From positions 5,125-69,124 of the forward strand of contig CAVXRT010000051.1 of the NCBI GenBank assembly GCA_963764115.1: a stretch of DNA of 64,000 bases. Reading direction: 5' to 3'. Below are positions 1 through 9,192 of the stretch, piece by piece. The translations under genes and the position numbers were made by a program. Position 1 is the first letter of the stretch. Each line of letters opens with the position of its first letter. Source of the stretch: an uncultured Alphaproteobacteria bacterium. GTDB taxonomy: Bacteria; Pseudomonadota; Alphaproteobacteria; Rhizobiales; Rhodomicrobiaceae. The notes under the pieces are model-generated. The model had not been told where the DNA came from and ran no database searches. It saw only the letters and a list, made by a program, of their open reading frames with translations.

Positions 1-291
1 TGTATTGCAATGAACTCTTTGGCCACAAAATCGTGGCCAGCGGTTCCAGCGGGCGACCGGACAAGCTGAACGGACTGGGCCTGAGCGCTCGCCCGCGACG
101 GGTTGGTTATCGAAGATTGAGACCACCCCTGCATTTTCGGAGCCGGAGAACTTCTGGATTTGGCCCATCGCGAAGGAAGCCTGTGGTCCCCTTACAGGCC
201 AGTCCCGACGTTTACGAAACTCGTACCGACGAGTCTGACCCTTAGCGGAAGCAAGAACCTGCCTACTCAATTCCCAGCCCGCAGCGATTTT

Positions 292-319
292 GTATGATTT
301 TTGCCGAGAAAGATCTTAC
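292..319. promoter_or_regulatory. NikR operator upstream of NiCoT permease
   Basis: GTATGA-N16-TCTTAC, one mismatch to the NikR consensus GTATGA-N16-TCATAC, about 60 bp upstream of the nickel permease start; nikR lies in the same locus. Confidence 0.85.
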
Positions 320-380
320 TCTGGGTGAGTGGGGGGCAACGCGAATGTGCTTTTATCCCTGAACAGGGTAGTGACCGGCA

Positions 381-1538
381 ATGGATCTGAATGGAGACGA
401 GGGGAACTTCAGCTTTCGCCTGTTCAGGGATAGCCCGAAAGGTGCTGCCGGAAGAATAGCCATCCTATATGCAATTCTGGCCGCTGCCAATATCACCGCG
501 TGGACTTGGGCGCTGATTGCTTTCCGAGATTATCCGCTCCAGCTCGGAACCGCCTTCCTGGCTTACACACTCGGGCTCCGGCATGCTGTGGACGCGGACC
601 ACATCGCGGCTATCGATAACGTCACCCGAAAGCTGATGCAGGAGGGCAAGCGGCCCGCTGCAGTTGGGTTCTTTTTCTCGCTGGGGCATTCTACGGTCGT
701 CTGGCTTGGAACCATCGCCATCGCTCTCGCGACAGCGGCGTTCAAGGATAAGGTCGACGCTTTTCGATCCATCGGCGGAGTTGCAGGAACGCTTGTGTCG
801 GCGTCTTTCCTGCTCGCCATCGCGATCATGAATATCTTTGTGCTCGTTGCCGTCTACAAAACTTTCCGGCACGTCAAGGCCGGCGGAACCTACGCCGAAG
901 AGGACCTGGACATGCTCTTAAGCGGAGGCGGCTTCATCGCCCGCATGTTTCGGCCCTTGTTCCGGGCCATCAGCAAAAGCTGGCACATGTATCCGTTAGG
1001 ACTGCTGTTCGGGCTCGGGTTCGATACCGCGACAGAAATCGGGCTTCTCGGTCTATCGGCAGCAGGCGCTTCGCAGGGGATGCCGCTGTGGTCGATTCTG
1101 GTGTTTCCGGCGCTGTTCACTGCTGGCATGTCGCTCGTCGATACGACCGACGGAGTGTTGATGCTGAAGGCCTATGGCTGGGCCTTCGTGAAGCCGGTCC
1201 GTAAGCTCTATTACAATATGACCATGACCTTCGTTTCGGTGCTCGTGGCCCTCATCATCGGCAGCCTCGAAACGCTCAATCTGATCGGCGACAAGCTTGA
1301 GCTCAAGGGGAGCTTTTGGGAAACGATCGGAGCCATCAACGACAATTTCGGGATCTTTGGCTACCTCATTATCGGCGTTTTTGTCGCCACATGGGTTATC
1401 TCGGTCCTGTTCTACCACTTGATGGATTATGACCGGCTGGAGCCCGTTCCGGCAAAATCGGAGGAAAGGATCGAGTTCCTGAGGCATTCAAACGCAAACC
1501 CAGGCGCCATGTCTCTCCTGCAAGCTGCTATCATGTGA
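381..1538 (+). CDS. HoxN/HupN/NixA-family high-affinity nickel/cobalt transporter (NiCoT)
   Basis: Family signatures RHAVDADHI, FFSLGHS and LFGLGFDTATE; multiple hydrophobic helices. Confidence 0.95.
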   Translation: MDLNGDEGNFSFRLFRDSPKGAAGRIAILYAILAAANITAWTWALIAFRDYPLQLGTAFLAYTLGLRHAVDADHIAAIDNVTRKLMQEGKRPAAVGFFFSLGHSTVVWLGTIAIALATAAFKDKVDAFRSIGGVAGTLVSASFLLAIAIMNIFVLVAVYKTFRHVKAGGTYAEEDLDMLLSGGGFIARMFRPLFRAISKSWHMYPLGLLFGLGFDTATEIGLLGLSAAGASQGMPLWSILVFPALFTAGMSLVDTTDGVLMLKAYGWAFVKPVRKLYYNMTMTFVSVLVALIIGSLETLNLIGDKLELKGSFWETIGAINDNFGIFGYLIIGVFVATWVISVLFYHLMDYDRLEPVPAKSEERIEFLRHSNANPGAMSLLQAAIM

Positions 1539-1569
1539 GCGGTGATCGCGTTTCAAGGGAGGCTTCCCA

Positions 1570-1878
1570 ATGCACGACGGTGAGCACGGTCACGGCCATC
1601 CGCATAGCCACCCTCACGAGCATGTCCATGAGCATCCCCACACTCATGTCAATACTCAGGAGCACGGGCATGGTGATCTGGTGCACTCGCGTCCGCACAG
1701 CCATGCACATACGCACCCGCACGCCCATTCCCACGAGCACCAGCATAGCGCAGACCACGTACATGACGCTTTGCATGGAGCGGACGCATCGCTCGATCAC
1801 GCGCATACCGGCGAGGACGGCTTACACGATCATAGCCACGATGAAGCGAGCATTTCCGGCGCTCGGAAGGGCAGTTAA
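1570..1878 (+). CDS. Histidine-rich small protein, putative nickel-binding/storage protein
   Basis: 32 His in 102 aa, mostly as HX repeats; strong RBS (AAGGGAGG) just upstream; directly follows the NiCoT gene. Confidence 0.8.
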   Translation: MHDGEHGHGHPHSHPHEHVHEHPHTHVNTQEHGHGDLVHSRPHSHAHTHPHAHSHEHQHSADHVHDALHGADASLDHAHTGEDGLHDHSHDEASISGARKGS

Positions 1879-1884
1879 GGCCCG

Positions 1885-2358
1885 CTACTCTTTCGGGCGC
1901 GCATGAACGTGGTTTCCGGCATTGGAGTCGCCGCCGTGCCGGTGCGCCTGAGTATCCAGCGTAACCGGAATGAAGCTCACCTGACCATGCGTGACGCCGC
2001 GTTCGGCGATCACGCCATTGGCGAAGTCTCGAACTGCCCCGGCCTTTCCTCGAAGCACGGCGACCTCGAAACAATTCTCATGGTCAAGATGCACATGCAT
2101 CGTCGCAACGTGCAGATGATGATGATCGTGATGCGCGCCGGTCAGCCTCTTGGAAAGCTCGCGGGTGTGGTGGTTGAACACGTAAGACAGCGTCGCGAAA
2201 CAGTCGCCGCCGCGTTCCGCGTTTAACCTCGCATGCTGCAAGCCAAGGCGGGCAAGATCCCGCAAGGCTTCCGAGCGATTGGCGTAGCCTGCGCTCTCCA
2301 TAAAAACGCTGAGTTCTGCCGCGAACTCGTCGGACATACTGATCGTCACGCGCTCCAT
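1885..2358 (-). CDS. nikR: Nickel-responsive transcriptional regulator NikR
   Basis: Ribbon-helix-helix N-terminus (MERVTISM...NRSEALRDL) and metal-binding motif HVHLDHENCFEV. Confidence 0.97.
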   Translation of the reverse strand: MERVTISMSDEFAAELSVFMESAGYANRSEALRDLARLGLQHARLNAERGGDCFATLSYVFNHHTRELSKRLTGAHHDHHHLHVATMHVHLDHENCFEVAVLRGKAGAVRDFANGVIAERGVTHGQVSFIPVTLDTQAHRHGGDSNAGNHVHARPKE

Positions 2359-2506
2359 CGCTTACTCCCGTTTTTCGCAGGTCTCTTCAAATAGCTCTCT
2401 GCCCGCATTCGCTTTTTGCTTATATCATGCGCGCCTTGCAACCAAGACAGGAACAACGTGGCGGCTTTGACACAGGACCACACCGTTGTTCAGGCATAGC
2501 CGCGGG

Positions 2507-2534
2507 GTATGATCTTTTCTCGTAGACTTCATAC
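2507..2534. promoter_or_regulatory. Perfect NikR operator between nikR and the porin gene
   Basis: Exact GTATGA-N16-TCATAC in the divergent intergenic region. Confidence 0.92.
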
Positions 2535-2684
2535 ACGAAGCTTCTCACCTTGAGCGTGAGGCTCAGTTGTATCTGCAGTTGATTTCTGCTTCGTACGAGC
2601 CCTGCGTTAGTCCCCGAGCATAATCCTGAAAACAAACCAAAGCGCTCGCAGAGCGATCTTGCTTGCGTTCGAAGGTGCGCTGCT

Positions 2685-4817
2685 ATGCCCCGTCCAGATC
2701 TTCTCCTCTTACCCTCAGCAACGTGTTGCGTGCCGGTCATGGACGGCGTCCAACCTTGGAACAGGAGGTTCCGCGAGAGCTGGACTGCGGCGGTTCCGGC
2801 GGCCGCGATGGTCTTCCTATCCGCCACAAGCAGCGCCCTTGCGGCCGACGCGAGTTTGAAAGACTCCGGCGATAAGGCGGCTTACGAGTGGAATGGTTTC
2901 TACGTCGGCGGCCATATCGGGTACGCCTGGGGGACCTCGAATTATACGATTAGCCCAACGGCGGGGCAGCCTGCCGGAAACGCCTCTGGCTCGCTCGATT
3001 TTTCGCAAGGGTTCAATAGCTGGAACGAGGGCGGAAGCTGGTTTGAAGGGCTTCAGGCCGGCTACAATTATACGCTGGCAAACCGCGTCGTGCTTGGCGT
3101 GGAGGCCGATGGCAGCTTTCCAGCCTATCAAAGCCTCTCAGGAGTCTCCATCGGCAGCCTCACCAATTTTTCATCGCCCTCGTTCGGCGCCGGCAGCTAT
3201 AGCGATACGCTGATCGCTTCCGGCACGGCGCGAGCGCGCATCGGCTATGCTCCCGGCAACTGGCTGTTCTACGCCACGGGCGGCTTCGCCTGGACTTTCG
3301 ATCAGCTTACGCTGTCGCAATTCGCGAGCGGCAACTCCATCCAGAAATATCAGTGGCGCACGGGCTGGGCGGCAGGCGCCGGCGCCGAGTTTCCCATAAC
3401 GGGGCACTGGACGGGCAAAGCCGAATATCTCTACACCGATTACGGCGCCAGCAGCCCCTATTCCCCGATCCTTGGGCAACACATCAATTCGGACCTGTCG
3501 CTGCAGGAAGTGCGTGTGGGCTTGAACTATCAGCTCGGAAATTCGGTGGGTGACGACCCCAAGGCTCCGGCGGTTCCTACTCGGGACGGCATCAGCCTTC
3601 ACGGTCAGTTTACAGCCGTGGAGCAAGCCTATCCTGGCTTCTACTCCCTTTTTCCCGATGGGCCCAACAGCCTGCCCAAGGGCGGGGAGGGCCGCGAGAC
3701 CACAGACCTCACGCTCTATGCGGGCGTCAAACTGCCTTGGCAGGGGGCGGAGTTCTGGGTCAACCCCGAGATCGACCAGGGCTTCGGCGTCGGCAACACC
3801 CACGGGCTGGCGGGCTTCCCGAGCGCGGAATCCTACAAGCTCGGCTGGGACTGGCCCTACGCGCGGTTGAACCGCTATTTCGTCCGGCAGACCATCGATC
3901 TCGGCGGCGCAACCCAGAAGGTAGACGCCGACCAGAATGTGTTCGAAGGCTCAACGACCGCGGACCGGCTCGTGATCACGATGGGCAAGTTCCAGGTGGT
4001 CGACCTCTTCGACACCAACAAATATGCGAACAGTCCGAAAGTCGACTTCATGAATTGGACATCGGTCAACACCGGCTCGTTCGACTATGCCGGCGACGCC
4101 TGGGCTTATACCTATGGCGCGGCCGCCGAATGGTATAAGGGAAACTACACGCTGCGCGGCGGCGTTTTCGACCTGTCGCAGACCCCGTCGGCCGGAGGGT
4201 CCTACGGCGCCCCTGGCTATGGCTTGGATCCGTCCTTCAGCCAGGTTGAGCTGATTGGGGAGCTTGAAGAGCGCCATGAGCTGTGGGGCCAGCCAGGTAA
4301 GCTCAAACTCACCGCTTATGTCCTCGAAGGGCGGATGGGAGATTACAGCGAAGCCCTCGCGCTGCAGGCTAAAAACCCGAACTTCGTCCTTCCTCCCGAA
4401 GCGGACACCGCCGCCGACTATTGGATCAACGCGACGCGCAAATACCGCAGCTCGCCCGGCGTGAATTTCAACATGGAGCAGGGGGTGACGGACACCGTCG
4501 GCATCTTTGCCCGCGCCGGCTGGTGCGATGGCAGTTACGAGCTGTGGGATAACACCGACGTCGACGCCTCGGTGCAGCTCGGGGTCTCCGTCAAGGGCAC
4601 GAAATGGGGACGCCCCGACGATACGTTTGGCATCGACGGCGTCATCAATGAGATTTCTGGCTCCCACGCCGCCTGGCTGAACGCGGGAGGCTTGGGCATC
4701 GTCATCGGCGATGGTCAGGGTCATCTGCCAAATGCGGGGTGGGAGAAGATCATCGAAGCCTATTACAGCTACGCCGTCTCCTCTTCGGTTAAACTCAGCG
4801 TCGATTATCAGTCATGA
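2685..4817 (+). CDS. Outer-membrane protein: Omp25-like beta-barrel fused to an OprB/MnoP-like porin; C-terminus apparently truncated
   Basis: WNGFYVGGHIGYAWG...VRVGLNY barrel followed by porin motifs (NPEIDQGFG, FDTNKYAN, FDYAGDAWAYTYG). Ends at SVDYQS without the usual last strand and terminal Phe. Start codon uncertain. Confidence 0.85.
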   Translation: MPRPDLLLLPSATCCVPVMDGVQPWNRRFRESWTAAVPAAAMVFLSATSSALAADASLKDSGDKAAYEWNGFYVGGHIGYAWGTSNYTISPTAGQPAGNASGSLDFSQGFNSWNEGGSWFEGLQAGYNYTLANRVVLGVEADGSFPAYQSLSGVSIGSLTNFSSPSFGAGSYSDTLIASGTARARIGYAPGNWLFYATGGFAWTFDQLTLSQFASGNSIQKYQWRTGWAAGAGAEFPITGHWTGKAEYLYTDYGASSPYSPILGQHINSDLSLQEVRVGLNYQLGNSVGDDPKAPAVPTRDGISLHGQFTAVEQAYPGFYSLFPDGPNSLPKGGEGRETTDLTLYAGVKLPWQGAEFWVNPEIDQGFGVGNTHGLAGFPSAESYKLGWDWPYARLNRYFVRQTIDLGGATQKVDADQNVFEGSTTADRLVITMGKFQVVDLFDTNKYANSPKVDFMNWTSVNTGSFDYAGDAWAYTYGAAAEWYKGNYTLRGGVFDLSQTPSAGGSYGAPGYGLDPSFSQVELIGELEERHELWGQPGKLKLTAYVLEGRMGDYSEALALQAKNPNFVLPPEADTAADYWINATRKYRSSPGVNFNMEQGVTDTVGIFARAGWCDGSYELWDNTDVDASVQLGVSVKGTKWGRPDDTFGIDGVINEISGSHAAWLNAGGLGIVIGDGQGHLPNAGWEKIIEAYYSYAVSSSVKLSVDYQS

Positions 4818-5217
4818 GCGGCTGGAACTGGAAAGAGCGAGGCTCGCCGAGGAGAAATATCGCTTTGAGGCGCAGGCGGCGCGGACATACGCCAAGCAAG
4901 TCGTGCAAGCTCTGCTGCTTCTCAATGGCGCGGGCGCTCTTGCCATGCTGGCCTTCATCGGCAACGTCTCGAAGGATGCGAGTTTGAAGACCCTGCTCCT
5001 GGGCCTTTCAAATCCGCTCTCGTTCTTCGCCGATGGCGCTGCGTTGGCGGTCCTCACCGCGATATTCGCCTATCTCGGCCAGGCATCGTGGGCGGACGGA
5101 AGTCCGCTCTGGGGCAACACGCTTCGGCTTTTCGCGATGGTTCTGGCGCTCGGCAGTTTGCTGTTGTTTGCGGGCGGAATATCGCAGGCCACCGCTGTTT
5201 TCGCTGCATTCCAATAA
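4813..5217 (+). pseudogene. 5'-truncated hypothetical membrane protein
   Basis: Frame with three hydrophobic helices (LLLLNGAGALAMLAFIG etc.); no start codon between the porin junction and its first helix, the upstream Met codons lying inside the porin gene. Confidence 0.5.
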
Positions 5218-5228
5218 AGATTGCCGTT

Positions 5229-5948
5229 TTACGGCAGACGATGCAGCTCAGACCGTATTTCCTCAAACACGTCATCCTCGATCCCGAGCAATCGAACGTG
5301 TTCAGCGAGATTGTCGAAGTATTCGCGGTTCGTTCCGAGGCGGCCTCTTCCAAGCGCTATGATGGCGGCGGCTTCGGCGCCGCTAACGTCAGCAAATTGC
5401 GGGCTCGACCTGTCGATCACGAAGGCCAGGGCTTCGACGGAGCCCTGCGGTGTCATCACCGGCCGGAACGCTGGCGTGTAGCCATGCCCGATCATCTCCC
5501 GCATCCAGAGAATTTCCGTCTCCTGGTCCACCAGACTGGCTGGTATCCGGAACGCCAAACCGTGGCACTCCCCGCCAACATCCAACGCAGCCATTAAGGC
5601 TGGAGCTTTCCTTGATCCCCGGCCAATCTCAATTTTGAGACAGAAGCGCCGATGGAAGCCCGGAAGCTTCGCCTGTCTGATCTCGGAGATGTGGATCGCC
5701 GGGTCCCACATCAGCGAGCCGTAGGCGAACACCCAAAGGTCGGCGTCGGGTCGTCCGGCAAGCACGGCGCGCCGTGTCGCTTCGCGATCCTCGTGTGAAC
5801 GGCGCCATTGGGGGTTACCCGCGGCGGCTGCGCGCCTGTCCCATTCCTCGAACGACGCAAGCGATATCCGGAATGCGGAATTCTTTGGCTCGATAATCTT
5901 CCCGATGAGCATCGGGACATGCATGAATGCGTCAGGCGATAGCGGCAT
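5229..5948 (-). CDS. chaC: ChaC-family gamma-glutamylcyclotransferase
   Basis: LWVFAYGSLMWDP motif, G.HRRFC and G..GTNREY. Confidence 0.9.
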   Translation of the reverse strand: MPLSPDAFMHVPMLIGKIIEPKNSAFRISLASFEEWDRRAAAAGNPQWRRSHEDREATRRAVLAGRPDADLWVFAYGSLMWDPAIHISEIRQAKLPGFHRRFCLKIEIGRGSRKAPALMAALDVGGECHGLAFRIPASLVDQETEILWMREMIGHGYTPAFRPVMTPQGSVEALAFVIDRSSPQFADVSGAEAAAIIALGRGRLGTNREYFDNLAEHVRLLGIEDDVFEEIRSELHRLP

Positions 5949-6033
5949 GCCTCTTCACAGACCCGTTGCCGGAACCATCTCAACCCCGCTATGTGTCTTA
6001 AAATCAGAGGCCGGTGATGAGCGGGCTTCCGCA

Positions 6034-6062
6034 TTGACATCGCCAAATACAACTTTTAGTTG
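6034..6062 (+). promoter_or_regulatory. Sigma70-type promoter for the downstream RNA
   Basis: TTGACA-N17-TAGTTG. Confidence 0.55.
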
Positions 6063-6067
6063 CATAA

Positions 6068-6244
6068 AGCTCCTTTGTTGGAGTACCTTAGCTTAGCGGG
6101 GGGTTCCCGCCTTTTTCCACCGGTTTTACACACAACCGGGCGCCTGATTGACTTCTACCTCTGTTTGCAAATATCAAGGGATTGCATCACTCACATGCAA
6201 CAACCCCTGGCGGTACCCCCGCACTGCCAGGGGTTTTTCTTTTT
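6068..6244 (+). ncRNA. speF-leader/alpha-r45-like structured RNA
   Basis: CTTTGTTGGAGTACC and the CCGGTTTTACACACAACCGG hairpin resemble the alphaproteobacterial speF/ar45 motif as recalled; bounded by a promoter and a terminator. Confidence 0.6.
6202..6244 (+). terminator. Intrinsic terminator
   Basis: AACCCCTGGCGGT/ACTGCCAGGGGTT stem followed by a T-tract. Confidence 0.8.
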
Positions 6245-6427
6245 GAGTTTGCTGCTTGAATTTTTGCATCGCAGCCGACACGCCCAATCGCCGGTTTCCC
6301 AAAAGCCCTCGTGCGCTTAGTCGGGATGCGGGCCTCGATAGGCTTTTCTGCAGGCGCATTGGACCTCACTTTTAGCCCCGGATTGGCTTCCCGCTTGCGT
6401 TTGCGTCACGGATTTTCTTTGAGTGAA

Positions 6428-6830
6428 GATTGTACGAGAAAGCGCCTTGCCGGGAGGTTAACGAATAAGCCTTTGATATTGCTACGGAAATTACAGAACG
6501 GACAGCGCTACCGGCGCGCGCGGCGGGCTGACTTCGGCGCGGTCGTGGTTAACAAGGGAATCCGGGATTATATTTAACGGACTTTTCAGAGCCCACTTAA
6601 TGCCAAAATTCGGGCATTAAATTCTATTTAATGGGGTCGGTCGGCGGTAAAAAGCTGTTCACTTTCAACGCGTTGGAACCGGCTGCCTACGCTGCTCGTA
6701 GGCCGCGTTCTGCGCCGGATAAATGGATGGTTAAGCCTAATCAAGCGTTAATTGGACCAGAAATAAATCGGCGGCGCTTCCGTTAACCAGGTTCAGATTA
6801 ACGCTCAGCGCTGCGAACGAACTGTTAACC
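6428..6830 (-). repeat. Dispersed ~410 bp TTAA-rich element, copy 1
   Basis: Reverse complement aligns block by block with 31577-31981 and 49368-49784. Confidence 0.9.
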
Positions 6831-6967
6831 GCGAGGCAGATGGCGGGCGCCGTCGGAGACGGCGGCGGCCGGCAGATGCGCGAAGCACTTATGCATTCAA
6901 TCGGATGCGGGCGCGCGGTTGAGTTGAGCTTGCGCCGCTGCGGCTCCGATCCTCCGCACGCCGCGCG

Positions 6968-7225
6968 CTAGGCTTGGTTTTTCCATCTGCCCAGGCGCGG
7001 TATCTGCGCGCGGGCGAGCTTTCTCATAGGCCAGCTGTAGCCCTGTTTCTTCATCGCTTGTTCGACAATGTCCTGCATCTTCTCGACTGTGAAATCTTTG
7101 CCAATGAATTCCCCGTCGCGGTAACAAAGGCTGCAGTAGGTCTCGCTCTTGCGTCCATCTCGTTCTGTTCCACCGCCGCCGGGATCTTTTGAGAGCGGGA
7201 TCGCGCAGGACTGGCATTGCTTCAT
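6968..7225 (-). CDS. Zinc-ribbon domain protein
   Basis: CQSCAIPL...GGGTE.DG..S..YCSLCYRDGEF...IPRLGRW; start placed at ATG 7225 behind a GAGGG RBS. Confidence 0.85.
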   Translation of the reverse strand: MKQCQSCAIPLSKDPGGGGTERDGRKSETYCSLCYRDGEFIGKDFTVEKMQDIVEQAMKKQGYSWPMRKLARAQIPRLGRWKNQA

Positions 7226-7806
7226 CGTTTTTCCCTCGGTTGGGTGCTTCTTTTCGCTACAGCAGCACGCCCGGAAATGAGAACGCAAGCAATCAGAGGT
7301 GGCTTCATGCGAGAGAACAATTGTATACATTGACGCGTCGAAATTATGCAGTTAATGTAGATACTCATATAAAAGTCTTTAGTCCTGTTATTTTGTGCAT
7401 ATTTCGCCCCGCCGGAAAGCCGCACCTTTGGCGCGGCCATCCTTCCGCCGGTAATCAGCCAGCCCTCTGCCGTCCACTGATGCGGCCAGATGACCGCTTT
7501 CCAACCTGAATGCGGAGCATTAGCTTTTCCTTTGTACCTAGCTGGGACAAGGCGGGCGCGCTGAGCCTTCAAGGCGGTTTCCTTGCGTGCCCGCCACCCT
7601 TGCGCACAAGAGTCTGGGTCCATGCAAAGCCGGCGCTGCGTTTCGCGAGGCTGAAACCGGAAGTGCAAGCCTGTGTCCTGGCGCCTTGCCGCCGAGGAAG
7701 ATGGCGAGAAAACCGGTCACCGCTACAGAAGGCGGGAGGGAACGGCGCAACACAGCTTCATGCGCGGTGCTGTGCGAATCAGCTCAGATTTTCAACAGGG
7801 AAGGGA

Positions 7807-8019
7807 TCATCTCGTTGCGGCCCTTATAGCAGCGGCCGCTTTCAGCGTTCTCCGGTTGATTTCGTCAGCGCTTAGAGTGCTGAATCTCTGGGAGGAGCGA
7901 TCGGCGGCGCCGAACTGGAGATCGATGCGCTTCTGCAGAACCGGCGCCAATACGGGCGCCCCGGCAACGGCAGCGAAACCGATGGCAAACAGGAGCCTCA
8001 CAGGAGTTTTCCACGACAT
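7807..8019 (-). CDS. Small hypothetical protein with N-terminal hydrophobic segment
   Basis: 70 aa from MSWKTPV; purine-rich sequence upstream; no recognised family. Confidence 0.35.
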   Translation of the reverse strand: MSWKTPVRLLFAIGFAAVAGAPVLAPVLQKRIDLQFGAADRSSQRFSTLSADEINRRTLKAAAAIRAATR

Positions 8020-8326
8020 ACTATCACCCCACAAAGAACTAAACAGGTGTGTGGAAAGCGGTTTCAAGAGGTTGAACGCATTTAGGTCATCAGATATTCC
8101 TCGCATCCTCAATTCTCAGTGAATTCAAGAACTTGGGATAGCTGACTTTCAAGATTCCGTTTTTTCTCATCGAATCACGTTGTTTTGCACGTGAATAGCG
8201 GGGACAATAAGCCTGCTGTCCTAAAAATGCCATAAGTTCTATACTCACGCAGCCGATTTGTCTGCGTGGCTACAGCTGTTTGCATACAGGGCCGGTCATC
8301 TGTGGATCTTATTCGGATTTCCCGGC

Positions 8327-8827
8327 CTACTTCAGCGGCATGGCGCACCAGTGCGGCCGATGGCCCGAATGAGCGAAGAGCTTGAGCAAATCGGCCATGG
8401 CGATAGTCGTCGTCATCGTGTTGACGAGCGGGTGAGCGCTCACAGTGCTCGCCTCCCGCATCCGGTTGTCGAGCACGACCCGGACTTTCCTCTCACGGTC
8501 GTTGAAGACTGCGAAGGGGGTTACGCTGCCAGGCAGAACCATGAGGGTGGCCCCCAGCGTTTCCGGCGACGCGAAGGAAAAGCGGCCGTCCGCTCCAACT
8601 GTCTTGGCCAGTTGCTTCAGGTTCAGCGGCGGAGTGAGAAGGTGCATGGTCACGAGATAGAGGCGCTTGCTCTTGTCTTCGACCAGGATGTTCTTGACGG
8701 GAAACTCCCATTCCCCGGTGTCCCGTTGCGCGAGCCCCTCCGCCGTGAGCACGGCTTCGTGTTCCACCGTGTTGGACGCGATGCCGAGTTCGTCGAGGAG
8801 TTGGAAGAATGCCGAGCTGTTATTCAT
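8327..8827 (-). CDS. YbaK/ProX(PrdX)-family aminoacyl-tRNA deacylase
   Basis: VKNILVEDK, FSFAS.E.L...L.VLPGSVTPF and HPLVNTMT motifs. Confidence 0.9.
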   Translation of the reverse strand: MNNSSAFFQLLDELGIASNTVEHEAVLTAEGLAQRDTGEWEFPVKNILVEDKSKRLYLVTMHLLTPPLNLKQLAKTVGADGRFSFASPETLGATLMVLPGSVTPFAVFNDRERKVRVVLDNRMREASTVSAHPLVNTMTTTIAMADLLKLFAHSGHRPHWCAMPLK

Positions 8828-9031
8828 CGCTGGGAGTATGTGTGAAACAACGAGGGAAGGGAAGGTCGAGAGCCAAATGGCTCCTCGCTGCGTCTATAGA
8901 CAAGGAAGGCGGCAGCCGTGGCGCGAATTACGCAAAAACTAAAAATATTGACAACTAAAAATTTAGAAAGTCATATTCAAGGCGCCCAAGCGGCCTAATG
9001 TCCCTGGCGGTAGCCCATCCCTACTCAACCG

Positions 9032-9192
9032 CTAGCCGGTTGCTGAAAAAGGATGTGGCCCATGGCCTCACGGTGAGCCTGCCGAACCGCGACAAGCTCA
9101 CCATGAGTTCAAGCCGTTGATGTCGCTCAACCTCATCCTGAGCTTGTCGAAGGATGGAGCCAGGATTTCGGCCTTTTTCAGCAGCCTGCTAG
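9032..9192. mobile_element. MITE-like element carrying a REP-type palindrome
   Basis: Terminal inverted repeats CTAGCCGGTTGCTGAAAAAG / CTTTTTCAGCAGCCTGCTAG; internal CTCATCCTGAGCTTGTCGAAGGATG; related copies at 52599 and 53136. Confidence 0.75.

Noticed and set aside
1-290. Cobalamin riboswitch upstream of NiCoT (AGAACCTGCC resembles the end of a B12 box)
   Set aside because: The other conserved B12-element blocks were not found, and a NikR operator explains the regulation better
5970-6250. tmRNA or tRNA
   Set aside because: No T-arm/acceptor structure or tag reading frame; the speF/ar45-like motif fits better
6311-6577. ORFs overlapping the 410 bp repeat (also 31832-32029 and 49603-49911)
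   Set aside because: Peptide similarity only reflects the DNA repeat; starts, stops and frames are not conserved across the three copies
6428-6830. Replication origin
   Set aside because: CtrA/IHF-like sites are present, but there are three dispersed copies, no DnaA-box cluster was seen, and no origin-linked or rep genes are nearby
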